Notes: generated by a model not told the origin, from the letters alone. A stretch of DNA of 62,086 nt, filler included, from 14 parts of 14 records of this genome joined end to end with filler, not necessarily neighbours in it, one strand, 5' to 3'; numbered from the whole stretch's first letter, positions 23,531 to 35,116 are shown. Numbers and translations: made by a program.

Positions 23531-26232
23531 AGCCTGCACCACGACTCTACCAAGACCCTGCCAGGTCGCGTAGGTGCTGCCCTGCACAGGCTGTTGATTG
23601 GTGCACTGACCACTTCCTACCCCGACGATCCGACCTGGACCAGACAGCACTGAGAAGGTGACGTTCTGATCCGAATTCCTACTGATGGTACCAGCCTCAT
23701 CCACAAGCTGCACACGAACAAACGCAACGTCTTGACCATCGAGGAACAGCTTTTCGCCCGTGCCCGTGGCCTTGGATGGCACATCGACAACAAGTTCCAT
23801 CCTTGCCGCCATCCCCGCAGCGAGCAGCGTGTGGCTGCCCACAGCGCCGTCGCCATCTATCCCGATTACAGTCACGTTCTTCCAACCGCCCTGAACCTTG
23901 CATTCACCAGCCCACGAACTGTTCGCTCCGGTCCGTAAATCCACCAGACCGAAGCCAGACACACTTATCGGCCCGCCGTGCTGCAAAGCGCCATCGATGT
24001 AGAGCTCCACGAGAGGGGTGGAACTGAAGATTTGACACGGAGTCAGAGCTCGGATCTGCACCTGCCAATTGCCCCCAACAAGTGGGCGCTGGTACATGGT
24101 GACATTCTTGGCAGCGAGGTAGTTGACACGCCACCACCAGGCTGTTGACTTGGGGAATCCTGCAAGGTCGATGTGGCCTCTTGGCTTGAGGATCGTGGGC
24201 CAGCCCATGTAGGCCTCGCCGAAATAGTCTGCCATGGACCACATACCAAGCCCGTGACTCGAGAGTAGGAAGTCGACTGTCCGACGGGGCGGCAGATTAT
24301 TCCAGCCCTCACCAGTCGGGCTTAGTGCTGGCGAGAACACTTGTGAGATGTTGGGGTATATCACAGCAAGCTCACGATCACCACACCACATCACATGCTC
24401 TGTCGGCTGCTGAGCGTGCGGTGTACAGGCTGCTGAACGTGGCGCAATGTACTTATCGTTCCCAAACCCGTGCTCACCGGTAGTCGCTGGCATTTCAGGA
24501 TGCTGCGAGTGCCACAGGGCCATGTGATCACTGCCCGACTCCCCGATGATATCAGAGTAGGCGAAATTTGGCTCGGCGCCAGGCACAAAGTTGCCCGTCT
24601 GAGGCCTTTCTGGATCGAGCTGCCGCTTGACATCCATGAACGCCCGGGCTGCGCTGCCATTCTGGACCGCGCACTGTGCCTCATTGCACATTCCCCAGAT
24701 CATCACAGCGCCGTGGCTCCTGTGGGCCTTTATCATATCACGATACTCGTTGCTGTGCTCCACGCCAAAGTTTCTGTTCTCGTCCCAGCACATGACTCCG
24801 AGCGTCGTAAGCAACTCATAAAGAGCGTCTTCGTAAGGGTTGTGCGAAGTTCGCCAAAAGTTGACACCGAGCGCCTTGGAGGTCTGGACATGGAAGAGGG
24901 CCAGTCGAGGGTTTGTCATGGCACCCATGCCCGCAAAGCTCGGGTGGTGGGAGAAGCCTTGTAGCTCAATCTCCACATTGTTCAGCTTTGCCTTCTTCCC
25001 GCGCCAGTCAAACACTCGCACCGCTGTGGTAACATTGACAGCGTCGTCGCCCACCTGAGCTGTCAGCGTGTAAGTGACTGGAGTCTGAGGACTCCAGGTC
25101 TGCAGCCTCTTGTCGGGTGCGAGCACAGTGCTGCAACTCCAGAGCCCTGGCAGGCTTGGAATGGCCTCCTGTCGTGCCTCTGCGAGCACCGCGCCGGCAT
25201 CATCACGGAGTACGAAGCCCACAGTGTGCACAACAGCTGGATCTAAGTTGTGATTCGTGGTGTCTAGGTCCTCGATCTCGGCCACCACACGCAGTCTTGT
25301 GCCATCCGAATTCGGGTTGGGATACACACCATTCTGGACAAAGTGCAGCTTTGGTGTGGCCACCAGCCTGACAGGCCGATTGATCCCTCCTCCTTCGTAC
25401 CAGTGACCAGACTGGAAAGTCGGATCCACCTGTCACATTCGGTCATATTACGCTAATCCAGTTGGCTCACCCGCATTGCGAGCAGGTTAGTCTTTGGTGG
25501 CCCAAACTCCAGGCTGCTGATATTATCCAAGCGGACAGTGAATGAGGTGTAACCCGTTTCATGGTCCTGAACATGTTCTCCGTTGAGATAGAATTGGGAG
25601 TACTGGAACGAGCCCTCAAAATATAAGAAAATGTGCTGCCCTCGCCAGCTCGCGGGTAGGCTGAACTGTTTCCGATACCACACCACTGTGCGTGGCAGGA
25701 AGGCCGCGCCAGGGCCAGCAGCCAGCACAAAGCTTTGGTTGATTAAGGGGTCGTGAGGCAGTGTCGCCTGCTTCCAGCTTCCATCCCCAAAGCCAGGCGC
25801 CGCAAAGGAATAATTCCGCTTAAAAACGGCAGCCCGGCCCCGTTCCATCAGCGCGGTGCGGTTGTCCCCGCCCCCGCTCCCTGAGCAGACAGTGACCCCC
25901 TGGGTACCGTGAAAGCAGTGGTTGTTGCTGCTATTGTACAGGTAGGCAGTGCACCTGGGGTCGTACGAGCACGCGATCGCGCACGGCGTGGCCCACCCCG
26001 GCTGCCCGGCCTCCTTGTTCCCCCCAGGCGCCCAGGCCCTGCGCTCCTGCAGGTGGGTGCAACTCGACCGGTTCTCGAACCCGGACAGCGCCCCGGACCC
26101 GAAGCCCGGACCGTCCGGCGGGTCGCCCAGCCGGAATCGCCAGCCGCGCCCGAACGGGATGCTGACCCGCCGCGCCTCTGCGAGCACCACTGCTGCCAGG
26201 AACGTGCAGCACAGCCGGGAGCTGCCACTCAT
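23530..26232 (-). CDS. Secreted glycoside hydrolase family 2 (beta-galactosidase-like) with a PAN/Apple-like insert; 3' end apparently truncated
   Basis: Signal peptide; FGRGWRF; WYRKQF; YFEG; GHWYEGGGINRPV; WRTSHNPY; WGMCNE (acid/base); GRIVGVGSG. Intron at 25430-25470. Insert CAIACSYDPRCTAY. Confidence 0.88.
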
Positions 26233-26453
26233 GTCCCGGTGGATTGCCGTTAGTCGTACATGTACGGTACAGCTGTATCTGGCCATGTCTAGGCCTGTCG
26301 GCGCATGGACTCATCATAGACCCATCAATAGTACAGTATTACTTATAGCATGACATTGAATCCAGCAGGCATGTAGTATTCTATGTACTCAGGCTTAACT
26401 ATCAAGCTGAACAGCTACTGAACAGCTACAGTACAATGCCATGTAACTAAAAG

Positions 26454-26680
26454 CTAACTGATGACACAAGTCTTGCAAGCACATTGATCGTCCTCACGCA
26501 ACACTAGAGGCGGTTCATGATCAACTGGTGGGGGCTTCAACGGAGTTCCTGCTTGTGGACCCGGCTGTGGACCCGGTCGTGATAGATGTGGAGGCTGTGG
26601 AACCGGCTGTGTGTCTTCCACATCTACCACAACCGGGTCCTCAACCGGGTCCTCGGCCTCCACATCTACCACAACTGGGT
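26454..26680 (-). CDS. 3' end of an acidic/Pro-rich repeat protein ending in a CaaX box
   Basis: VDVEAEDPVEDPVVVDVED...PQPGPQ...CACKTCVIS*. Confidence 0.5.
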
Positions 26681-26865
26681 NNNNNNNNNNNNNNNNNNNN
26701 NNNNNNNNNNNNNNNNNNNNNNNNTTAATTAATTAANNNNNNNNNNNNNNNNNNNNNNNNNNNNNNNNNNNNNNNNNNNNCCTCCTTCGGCATTTATGCA
26801 GCACTTTAATTTAATATTCGTGTCGCTGGCGAGACCAGGCACTCCTATTTTTTCTACATATGACA

Positions 26866-27999
26866 TCAATTCATATGAGAGATGATCATCCGGGCTATGT
26901 CCACCATCCGGGCGCTATACCCATACTCATTATCATACCAGACATACATTTTTAGGTGTGTCTTATCCACCACCATCGTGCTCAATGCATCCACAATCCC
27001 GGAGCGTGTGTCGTTGATATAGTCTGTAGAGACTAGAGGCTGCGGCTCGTATCCTAGTATCCCCTTCAGATCGCCCTCGCTCGCTGCAGCTTCCATCAGC
27101 CCGTTCACTTCCTCTACAGTCACGTCCCGAGAGCACTCGAACACACAGTCGACCAGTGAGCCGTTGAGAAGCGGCACGCGCACCGCCATCCCGTTCAGCT
27201 TACCCTTTAGCTCCGGAAAGATCAGTGCAATCGCCGATGCAGACCCAGTGCTCGTCGGCGCCAGGTTTGTCAGGCCTGAGCGGGCGCGGCGCAGGTCACT
27301 CTTTTTGGTGTTAGGCGCATCGATGATTGTCTGGGTGTTGGTCACGTTGTGTATGGTTGTCATGGAGCCGCGCACTATTCCTAAGTTCCTGTGAACCACT
27401 GCCACGACCGGCGCCAGGCAGTTGGTGGTGCACGATGCAGCGGTGATGATGTGATCAGACTCGGGGTCATACTCGTGGTGGTTGACTCCGTACACAATGT
27501 TGAGCACTGGGTTGTCGGCGTCCTTGACCGGCGCCGAGACCAGAACCTTCTTGACCCCGCGAGCGAAGTACCCTTTGAGCCTCTCCCGGGTGAGAAATTG
27601 CCCCGAGCATTCCAGCACCAGCTCGACGCCGTGCTCCTCCCAGGGCACCGCGCCGGGCGTGTCGTGCTGCGAGTAGGAGATCGGGCGGCCGTCGATGACT
27701 ATGCTACCGTCCTCGAATTTGCAGTCCCGTGGCCAAATCCCGTGGATCGAATCGTACTTGGCCAGATATGCCGACGATTCGCCCGCACCGGGGAACTCGT
27801 TGATGTGGCTGAATTCGAGCTCTGGGTGCTCGTAGCCCAGCCGGAAGCTAAGCCGGCCGATGCGGCCGAAACCTGCGGCCCCAGAGTGTCAGTGGTATCA
27901 CTACTGGCTGCGGCGCTAGAAGACAGGTAGCCCAGGCACTGGAAGGGGGCGTGGTGAGAGGCAGATCTATGCCGCACCGTTGATGCCAACCTTGACCAT
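26866..27999 (-). CDS. ArsJ-associated type glyceraldehyde-3-phosphate dehydrogenase (intron 27873-27977)
   Basis: MVKVGING/FGRIGR and ASCTTNCLAP. Subfamily-type segments SAPVK, LNIVYGVNHH, TTIHNVTNTQTIIDAP, DLRRARS, PTSTGSASAIALIFPELKGKLNG and VRVPLLNGSL. Confidence 0.9.
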
Positions 28000-28231
28000 A
28001 CTCACTTTCGCTGAGGGTCCGGTAAGGTGCGTGCCACCGCTGAGCTATTGAGCGGGTCATCTGCGCAAAATTACGTGTCATCACTCGAGAGCATCGGCCA
28101 CAAGCCGGACAGACAGCTCTGTTGTGCGACTCGTGTGCGCACAGCGCGGAGAGAACTCGTCCAGCTTACCGGCAGGTGTGTGGGGCTCTTCTGCCCCTGC
28201 TCCTGCTGCTACTGAGCGTCTCTGGGGCCTC

Positions 28232-29863
28232 ATGCCATCCGCCGGGGCAAAGACTGATGCTCTCAGCGACGCTCCGCCGAGGATTGAGCTGAACCAGATC
28301 TGCGTCGACACGTCGGAGGTTCCTGCTCCAAAGGCCGAGGTCGAGGCTAGCGCTACAGAAGGGACCGAGGCTGCCGAGCGCGAGCCAATCGAGCAGAGCA
28401 GCGCTGGCGCCGAGGAGTCCGGCACCAGCATTCGGGCGCTCTGGCCATTCATCATCGTCAGCATCACGTACCTTCTCTTCACGATCACCGACGGTGCAGT
28501 GCGCATGCTGGTTCTCCTGCACGCCTACAACAAAGGGTTCAGCGCCATGCAAGTGGCTATTATGTTCACAATGTACGAGCTGCTGGGGGCGATCACTAAC
28601 CTGCTAGCCGGGGTCGCCGGGGCTAAATGGGGGATCCGTGCCACGCTGGTCAGCGGGCTGGTGCTTCAAATCGGGGGATTGGGAATGCTGTATGGCTGGG
28701 ACGACGGCTGGACCAAGCTCACTGCGATCATATATGTGACTGCTGCCCAGGCGCTGTGTGGCGTAGCCAAAGATCTGACCAAGTTGGGAGGCAAAACAGT
28801 TACCAAGCTTGTGACTCCGGAGGAGAAGCAGCAGACCCTGTTTAAGCTCGTGTCCTTGATAACCGGATACAAGAACTCCTTCAAGGGCGTCGGGTGCTCA
28901 CAATTGACCCGGCGGATGATAGACTGATAGTTGGTTTGTAGGTACTTCATGGGGGCCGCACTGCTAGAAGTTAGCTATGACTTTGCCCTGCACATCAATG
29001 TGGCGCTCGTTGCTGTGGCGCTGCCGTTCGCAATCTTCGGGTTGAGCAGTCAGCTCGGCCAGGTCAGGGCCAAGAACGTCACTCTCGACTCTGTGTTCAA
29101 CCAGAATCGAAACGTCAACTACCTCAGCCTGGCCCGGATGTTCCTATTCGGCAGCCGAGACCTATGGTTTGAAGTGCCTCTGCCTTTCTACCTGCGCTCG
29201 CCTGCTGGGCTTGGGTGGCCTCGCTCGGCCGTTGGTGCGACCCTTGCGGGTTACATCATACTTTACGGACAATTTCAGACTTACACGCCGCAGCTGGTGC
29301 TGGCGCCGCTAGATCAGTCGCCACCTAACAAGTGGGTGTGCATGCTGTGGAATAGCGTGCTTACGCTCTCTCCAATATACATGCTAGTCATGACGCTTCT
29401 GCCCGAATATGACACGGATGCTGGCCAAGACCCATCCACCGCAAAAGCGGTCACATTGATGTTCGGCATTTTCTCTTTTGCATTTGTGTTCGGTGTCAAT
29501 TCTGCTATACACAGCTACCTGGTCGTCAAGTACGCAGAAGGCAACAAAGTGGCCACTACTGTTGGATTCTATTATATGGCAAACGCTTTCGGCCGGTTGG
29601 TTGGGACTATTATCTCAGGAGCTTTGTATTCGTATGTCAGTGACGACATCAATGATGGCCTGGCCACATGTTTTGGTGCTTCTGTGATTTTTGTGGTCAT
29701 CACCACTCTAGTCACATATTGGATAGACGACAACCTTGGAGGGTTGCACTGTGGCAGCTCCCAGTGTTGCCTTGAGCCCGAACAGCTCGAGCAGCATCCA
29801 GCAGAGAGCACTGTACCGGCAGTGGATGGTGACACGGTGAGCGCGCCCCCTCCATGCTCTTAA
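28232..29863 (+). CDS. arsJ: Organoarsenical efflux MFS transporter ArsJ (intron 28894-28941)
   Basis: FTITDGAVRMLVLLH, FTMYELLGAITNL, AQALCGVAKDLTK, LITGYKNSFKGVG/YFMG, ARMFLFGSRDLWF, VNSAIHSYL and VGFYYMANAFGRLVGT are all ArsJ signature blocks. Confidence 0.9.
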
Positions 29864-30273
29864 CGTGCTCTCTGTCGCCTTGTTACACCCGCTGCCAAGT
29901 AAATATATGCCACGGTGATGTGCGTCGTCAACCTCTTTGACTTCAGGTAACTGGTTTGGTTGTTGGCAGGTATCGCACGAGACCGTGAAGGACCATAGCA
30001 TAGACCATGGCCATAGCAAACCAGTCTCTAATATTCGTGACGTGCCACGTGCACATAACTTTTCGATTAATCATTGAGTAAATCATTGAATCGATGTGGG
30101 AGGCGCGGGCGATGTGAACTCGATTAGGAGTAGAGCGTACAGCCCCGGTGGTTCACTAAGCTATAGAACCACTNNNNNNNNNNNNNNNNNNNNNNNNNNN
30201 NNNNNNNNNNNNNNNNNTTAATTAATTAANNNNNNNNNNNNNNNNNNNNNNNNNNNNNNNNNNNNNNNNNNNN

Positions 30274-31108
30274 GTGCGAGGCCCGGAAGATGCGCGCCAT
30301 CCAGCGCGAGCGGGCCGACGGGCTGCAGGAGGAGCTCGAGGCGATGACCCCGCGCCCGCAGATCACGCCCAAGACTGCGAGGCTGGCCCGAGGGCAGCCG
30401 CCGCTCTGCGTGGTGTACGACCAGGTGCGGCAGGAGCGCGAGCGGCAGCGGGAGATGCTCCAGCAGATGGCCGGCCTGCAGCAAGAGCATGAGGTGATCG
30501 CTGTCCAGAACGACGCAATGTACCACGAGCAGCTCGCCTGGCAGCAGGCCAAGCACGAGAAGCACCAGCACCAGCGAGAGCAGGCCGAGACCGCCAGGCA
30601 GAACAAGGCCGAGAAGAAGTGCACGTTCACCCCGCGAGTGCTCGCCCGGAAGGAGGCCCGGTCCAGTCCGTCTCAGGTGGTAGAGCGGCTGTACACCCCA
30701 CGCGCCTCGCCTGGCGTTCAGCTGGCCCCCACCACCCCCAGGCCGCCCCCCGAGTCGGCCGAATCGCCGTCCGAGGTGGAGCGAATCAAGGCGCGGATCA
30801 GTGGGATCGAGCGGCGCCGGCGCGACCCGATCTACCGGAACAACCAGCAGCAGCGGCAGATGGCCAAGGAGCTGGACCGACTCAACAAGCAGCTGGCCGA
30901 GGCGTCCAAGCCGGACGCGCAGCCCGACAGCCGGCCCAGGCAGCTCAGCGCCAACGAGGTAGCCTACATGAGCAAGCGAGCAAAGGAGGAGTGGAAAGCT
31001 CGCAATCGTAACGACAATAGTAAGCACGAGAGACCTAGTAGGCACCGGAGCCAAGATTCACAGAGCGCGTTTCTTCAAGGCATGCAGTCTGTGCTCATCA
31101 ACCAGTAG
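30274..31108 (+). CDS. Coiled-coil hypothetical protein, 3' part
   Basis: Open frame from the contig edge, Gln/Glu/Arg-rich, with CTFTPRV and VVERLY motifs. Confidence 0.55.
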
Positions 31109-31311
31109 CCTAGTCTAAGTGAAGTCTAAGATCCGTATTAAAGCCAAACTATAGGATAAGGCCTGAGCCAAATCGCTTGAGTTGGGCTAGAGTGGGTAAA
31201 GTGGGTGGCACAGTTCAGTGCACACAACTGACAAAAGGCAAGGCACGCGGCGAAACTGACCCGGCGCTATCGGCGACGGCGGAGGAGCTGATGATGGTGG
31301 TGAGGGTGAAA

Positions 31312-32995
31312 ATGACGACCAGGCTGGCATTGCTGCTGGTCGTGGCGTGGTCAGCCCTGGGGGAGTACACCGTAAAGCAGGTGACCTACGTCTCGCGGCA
31401 CGGGATTCGCACCCCGTACGCGCCGCCGCAGGCCTCGGAGACGGACTGGGGCCCGTACACGGCCCGGGCAGTCAAGGGGCCGAGCAGCTGGAACATGACC
31501 GAGGCCGAGTTCAAGGTGCAGGAGCTCACCCCGCACGGCAAGCTGGCGATCCAGCAGTTTGGGGCCTACCACAGGGCGCTGCTCGCCAGTCTCTCGCTGA
31601 TCGGCCAAACTGGATGCGACCGGATGCGCGTCTTCGCGGACGACTCCAAAAGGGACTGGCAGACGGCGGAGGGCTGGCTGGCCGGGTTTGGCTGCCCGGG
31701 GACCAGCGTGCACGTGGCGAATGCGAGCCTGCCGGCAATGCAGCCTGTCTGCTCGGACCACTTCAACCACTCGCAATGCGCGCTGGCCAGCCCGGAGCAG
31801 GTGGCCGGGCTGTACGGAGGCAGCCTGCCCGCGCTCACCAGCGAGTGGGAGTGGATGATCGACAAGGTGGAGCAGGTGCTCCAGATGCCGGCCAACGCCA
31901 CCATCTGCCGGGCGGTGCTCTGCGCCAACGCCGGGCTCCCGGCCGACTGCAACCCACCGAGTCCCGTCCCGAGTCCGTGCAGCCTGTCGGAGCTGCCGTA
32001 CAGCTGGAGCGGGGACTACTGGGAGGGCATGTTCAAGAGTCCGTTGCAGTACGCCCAGTTCTTCACCGAGGCCTGGATGTTTGAGTACGTGGGCAACGTG
32101 CAGGGGTTTGCCTGGGGCGAGCTCGAGCCGGCTGAGGTGGCACATCTGTACCAGGGCCACATCAAGACCATGTGGTTCGGCTCAAACTACTGGAATGCGC
32201 GGGCTTTCGGCTCGCAAACACTCGGGTTCATCACCGGAGCGCTTACCCAGGCGGCCACTGGAGTGCGGTTTGGCGACGGCGTCTCTCTGGCTGAGCCCGA
32301 CGACAAGCTGGTCATGCTCTTCATCCAGTGAGCGCCCCCCCCTGTCGGCTGGCTGAGCTGTGCCTGGCAGCGACACCAACCTGCTCTACCTCAGGTGGCT
32401 GCTCGGGCTGAACTGGATCGCCAACGGCTGGGAAGGCAACGCGGCCTCAACTGGTGGCGCACTCGTGTTCGAACTGGTCGAGGACGCAGCCGGCAAGTTC
32501 TATGTCAAACTCTCCTACTCGGTGGCCAGCCCCAGGCAGCAGCGCGAGGCCACACAGCTCTCGCTCGACAGCCCACCCTCGAACGCGGCCCTAGTGATCC
32601 CCCGATGCGGCGCGGCCTTGTGTCCGCTCGAGCAGTTCCAGGCAGTGGCGCTCGAGTCGCTCTGCATGGACTGCGTAACAGAGCCGCTCAAGTCCGAGCT
32701 GGCCGCGCTCTACCAGACGCTCCAGGAGCAGGGCCTGGTGGGCGAGCGCTGCAGCAGCCAGAGCCAGGACGGTATGCCCGGCTGGCAAGTTGCGCTCGTA
32801 GCAATCGGGACGGCAGCAGTCGCGGCGGGGGCAGGAGCTGGGCTGATGCACATGTATCAACGGCAGGCAACCGAGGAAGCAGACCAGCATGATGCCGGCT
32901 CGTTGCCGTATCATGCGATGGACGGGCATGCCAGCGCACTGCACACGACCTCGATGCAAAAGCTCAACTCTGATAAGGAGGCCGTGTGGACCTGA
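31312..32995 (+). CDS. Histidine acid phosphatase (phytase/glucose-1-phosphatase-like) with signal peptide and C-terminal TM helix (intron 32328-32370)
   Basis: RHGIRTP motif; ELTPHG; splicing restores FIH/DTNL; TM segment WQVALVAIGTAAVAAGAGAGL. Confidence 0.9.
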
Positions 32996-33355
32996 CGCGA
33001 CCAGCCGCAGGTGTCTATAGCTTTTGCATCGAAGTCGGGTGCGGTGCACGTAGGCTACACGGACGGCGCGCGGCCTCTTGAGCGTGGCTAGAGCGTAGCC
33101 GGGTGTCCTGCATGATATTGTGCTACTGCTAGTACAATCATGTTTACAAATGAAATAGCCTCCGGGTTCCGGCGGAGGTGGGTCGATCTCTTTTTTTGTT
33201 TTGTAACTTAGAGTCTTATTAGAGTCTAGACGGTTCCAGGTCCAGCTGCAGTACCGGTAGATCAAAAAAAAAAATCAATAGTCTACTAGTCAGCTGACAG
33301 TACACACTCCGTGTTCCCGCTTCCTCCAAACTGACTGCGCTGCCCGATTCACCCG

Positions 33356-35116
33356 ATGAAGGCCAGTGCTGCACGGCGGCTGCTGGGTGGTCGGCTGGCG
33401 TGCACCCGCGCTGGATACACCAGCGGCGGGCTCCGGCTCGAGCTGGACGGCCGGGAGCACCGGGTGTCCCCGCTCTGGCTCCGGCTCAAAGACGAGCGGC
33501 AGCTCACCGCCAACCGGCAGCGGCTGGTCGAGATCGGGTCGCTCGTGGAGGCCTCGACCCCGGTGAGCAGCCAGTTCGAGCCCGGGGGCGAGGGCCTCCG
33601 GCTGGGCTGGGAGGACGGCACCGAGTCGGTCTTCTCGGCCGAGTGGCTGCGGCGCGAGCTCAGTCAACCGAGCCAGGGTGCAGGGCCCACGCTCTGGAAC
33701 GGCAACTTTGGCCCTTTTGTGCCAGAGGTGGAGCACCGGGAGCTGTCGGGCGGCGAGGGGCGGCGGGCGGTATCGGCGGCCCTGGTGAGATACGGGTTGG
33801 CGATCGTGCGCGGGGTGCCCTGCAGGCCGGGGGCGGTGCTAGAGGTGGGCGGAATGCTGGGGCGGGTGCGGCACACCAACTACGGCGAGCTGTTCGAGGT
33901 GGTGGACTTGGGCAGCCGGGGGAACAACTTGGCCCAGACCAATTGCCACATCAGGGCGCACACTGACAACCCGTACAGGGACCCGTTCCCCGGTGTCCAA
34001 CTGCTCCACTGCCTCGAGAATGCCTCGCAAGGCGGCGCCACCACTTTCACCGACGGGTTCGCCTGCGCCGAGGCCCTCCGGCACAGCCGACCGGACCAGT
34101 TCGCGTTGCTGGCCGAGCACCGTCACCCGTTCTCTTACGAGGACCCGACCCAGGGCGTGCTGCTCCAGAGTGCCGCGCCGGTGCTCTCCGTAGCCGGGCC
34201 TTGCCAGCAGCTGGAGCGGGTGTGCTTTAACAACAGGTCGGCCGGGGTGCTTGGGCTCGAGGACGAGCAGCAGCTCAAGGAGTACTACCGGGCGTGGGCA
34301 AACTTTGATCGGCTGTGTAACCTGCCCGAGAATCAGATCAAGATAGAGCTCAGGCCTGGCGACTTGGCGGTCTTTTTGAACTCGAGGGTGATGCATGGAC
34401 GCGAGCAGTACACCCCAGGCGCCGGCCGGCATATCCAGGGCTGCTACATCGACCACGACGCCGTCCGATCGCGGTGTGACGCCAGCCAGCTAGAGCCGGG
34501 ATGTGCGCACCTGGCTGCGGCTGATCAAGTGATGCAAGCGCTGGCCAGCCAGGCACAGTTCTGCTACGGCGAGCGGCTCGACATGCTCCAGCACGCGCTG
34601 CAGGCGGCGCACTTCGCAGCGGAGCAGCAAGAGGGCGAGGAGGCCGTGCTGGCCGCGCTGATGCACGATGTGGGCAACAGCCCGCAGGCCCGGGCAGTGT
34701 GGGAGCGGCAAGGCAGGCAGCCGGAGCTGATGCAGACCAACGAGGACGGCTCGATTGGGTACCGGCACCACTCGGAGATAGGGGCAGACTACCTGAGCCA
34801 GGCCGGCTTCTCAGACGGGCTGGCGAACGCTGTAAGGCTGCATGTGAGCGCCAAGCGGGCGCTGGTCGCGATGGATCCGGCTTACATGCAAGAGCTCTCC
34901 GACGCCTCGATCGCCACGCTCGCCCAGCAGGGTGGCCCGATGTCCGTAGCTGAGCTCGAGCAGTTTAATGCCACACCTGGCTCAGACATCGCACTGAGGC
35001 TTCGCAAGTACGACGATCAGGGCAAGGACAGCGAGTTGAGCCCGCCACAGCTCGAGAGCTACAGGACGCTCATCCGTGATCACCTAGCGGCCAGGTCCAC
35101 GCCGCAGTTCGACTAA
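33356..35116 (+). CDS. Fusion of a BBOX/TmpA-like Fe(II)/2OG dioxygenase and a PhnZ/TmpB-like HD-domain diiron oxygenase
   Basis: Single intronless 586-aa ORF. GBBH-like N-domain (WEDGTESVFSAEWLR), HTDNPYRDP, QLLHCL, DGF and NSRVMHGR, followed by YGE..MLQHALQAA, ALMHDVG, HHSEIGA, LHVSAKR, LSDASIATLAQQGGPM and LRKYDDQGK. Confidence 0.9.
   Translation: MKASAARRLLGGRLACTRAGYTSGGLRLELDGREHRVSPLWLRLKDERQLTANRQRLVEIGSLVEASTPVSSQFEPGGEGLRLGWEDGTESVFSAEWLRRELSQPSQGAGPTLWNGNFGPFVPEVEHRELSGGEGRRAVSAALVRYGLAIVRGVPCRPGAVLEVGGMLGRVRHTNYGELFEVVDLGSRGNNLAQTNCHIRAHTDNPYRDPFPGVQLLHCLENASQGGATTFTDGFACAEALRHSRPDQFALLAEHRHPFSYEDPTQGVLLQSAAPVLSVAGPCQQLERVCFNNRSAGVLGLEDEQQLKEYYRAWANFDRLCNLPENQIKIELRPGDLAVFLNSRVMHGREQYTPGAGRHIQGCYIDHDAVRSRCDASQLEPGCAHLAAADQVMQALASQAQFCYGERLDMLQHALQAAHFAAEQQEGEEAVLAALMHDVGNSPQARAVWERQGRQPELMQTNEDGSIGYRHHSEIGADYLSQAGFSDGLANAVRLHVSAKRALVAMDPAYMQELSDASIATLAQQGGPMSVAELEQFNATPGSDIALRLRKYDDQGKDSELSPPQLESYRTLIRDHLAARSTPQFD

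Noticed and set aside
29863-31312. Apparent single arsenic/phosphorus island (GAPDH-ArsJ-phosphatase-TmpAB-like)
   Set aside because: A spacer at 30174-30273 separates the contigs, so physical linkage is unsupported.
26866-35116. Bacterial contamination as the source of the ArsJ, GAPDH, phosphatase and TmpAB-like genes
   Set aside because: Spliceosomal introns are present in GAPDH, ArsJ and the phosphatase, and the TmpAB-like gene shares a contig with eukaryotic KRI1.
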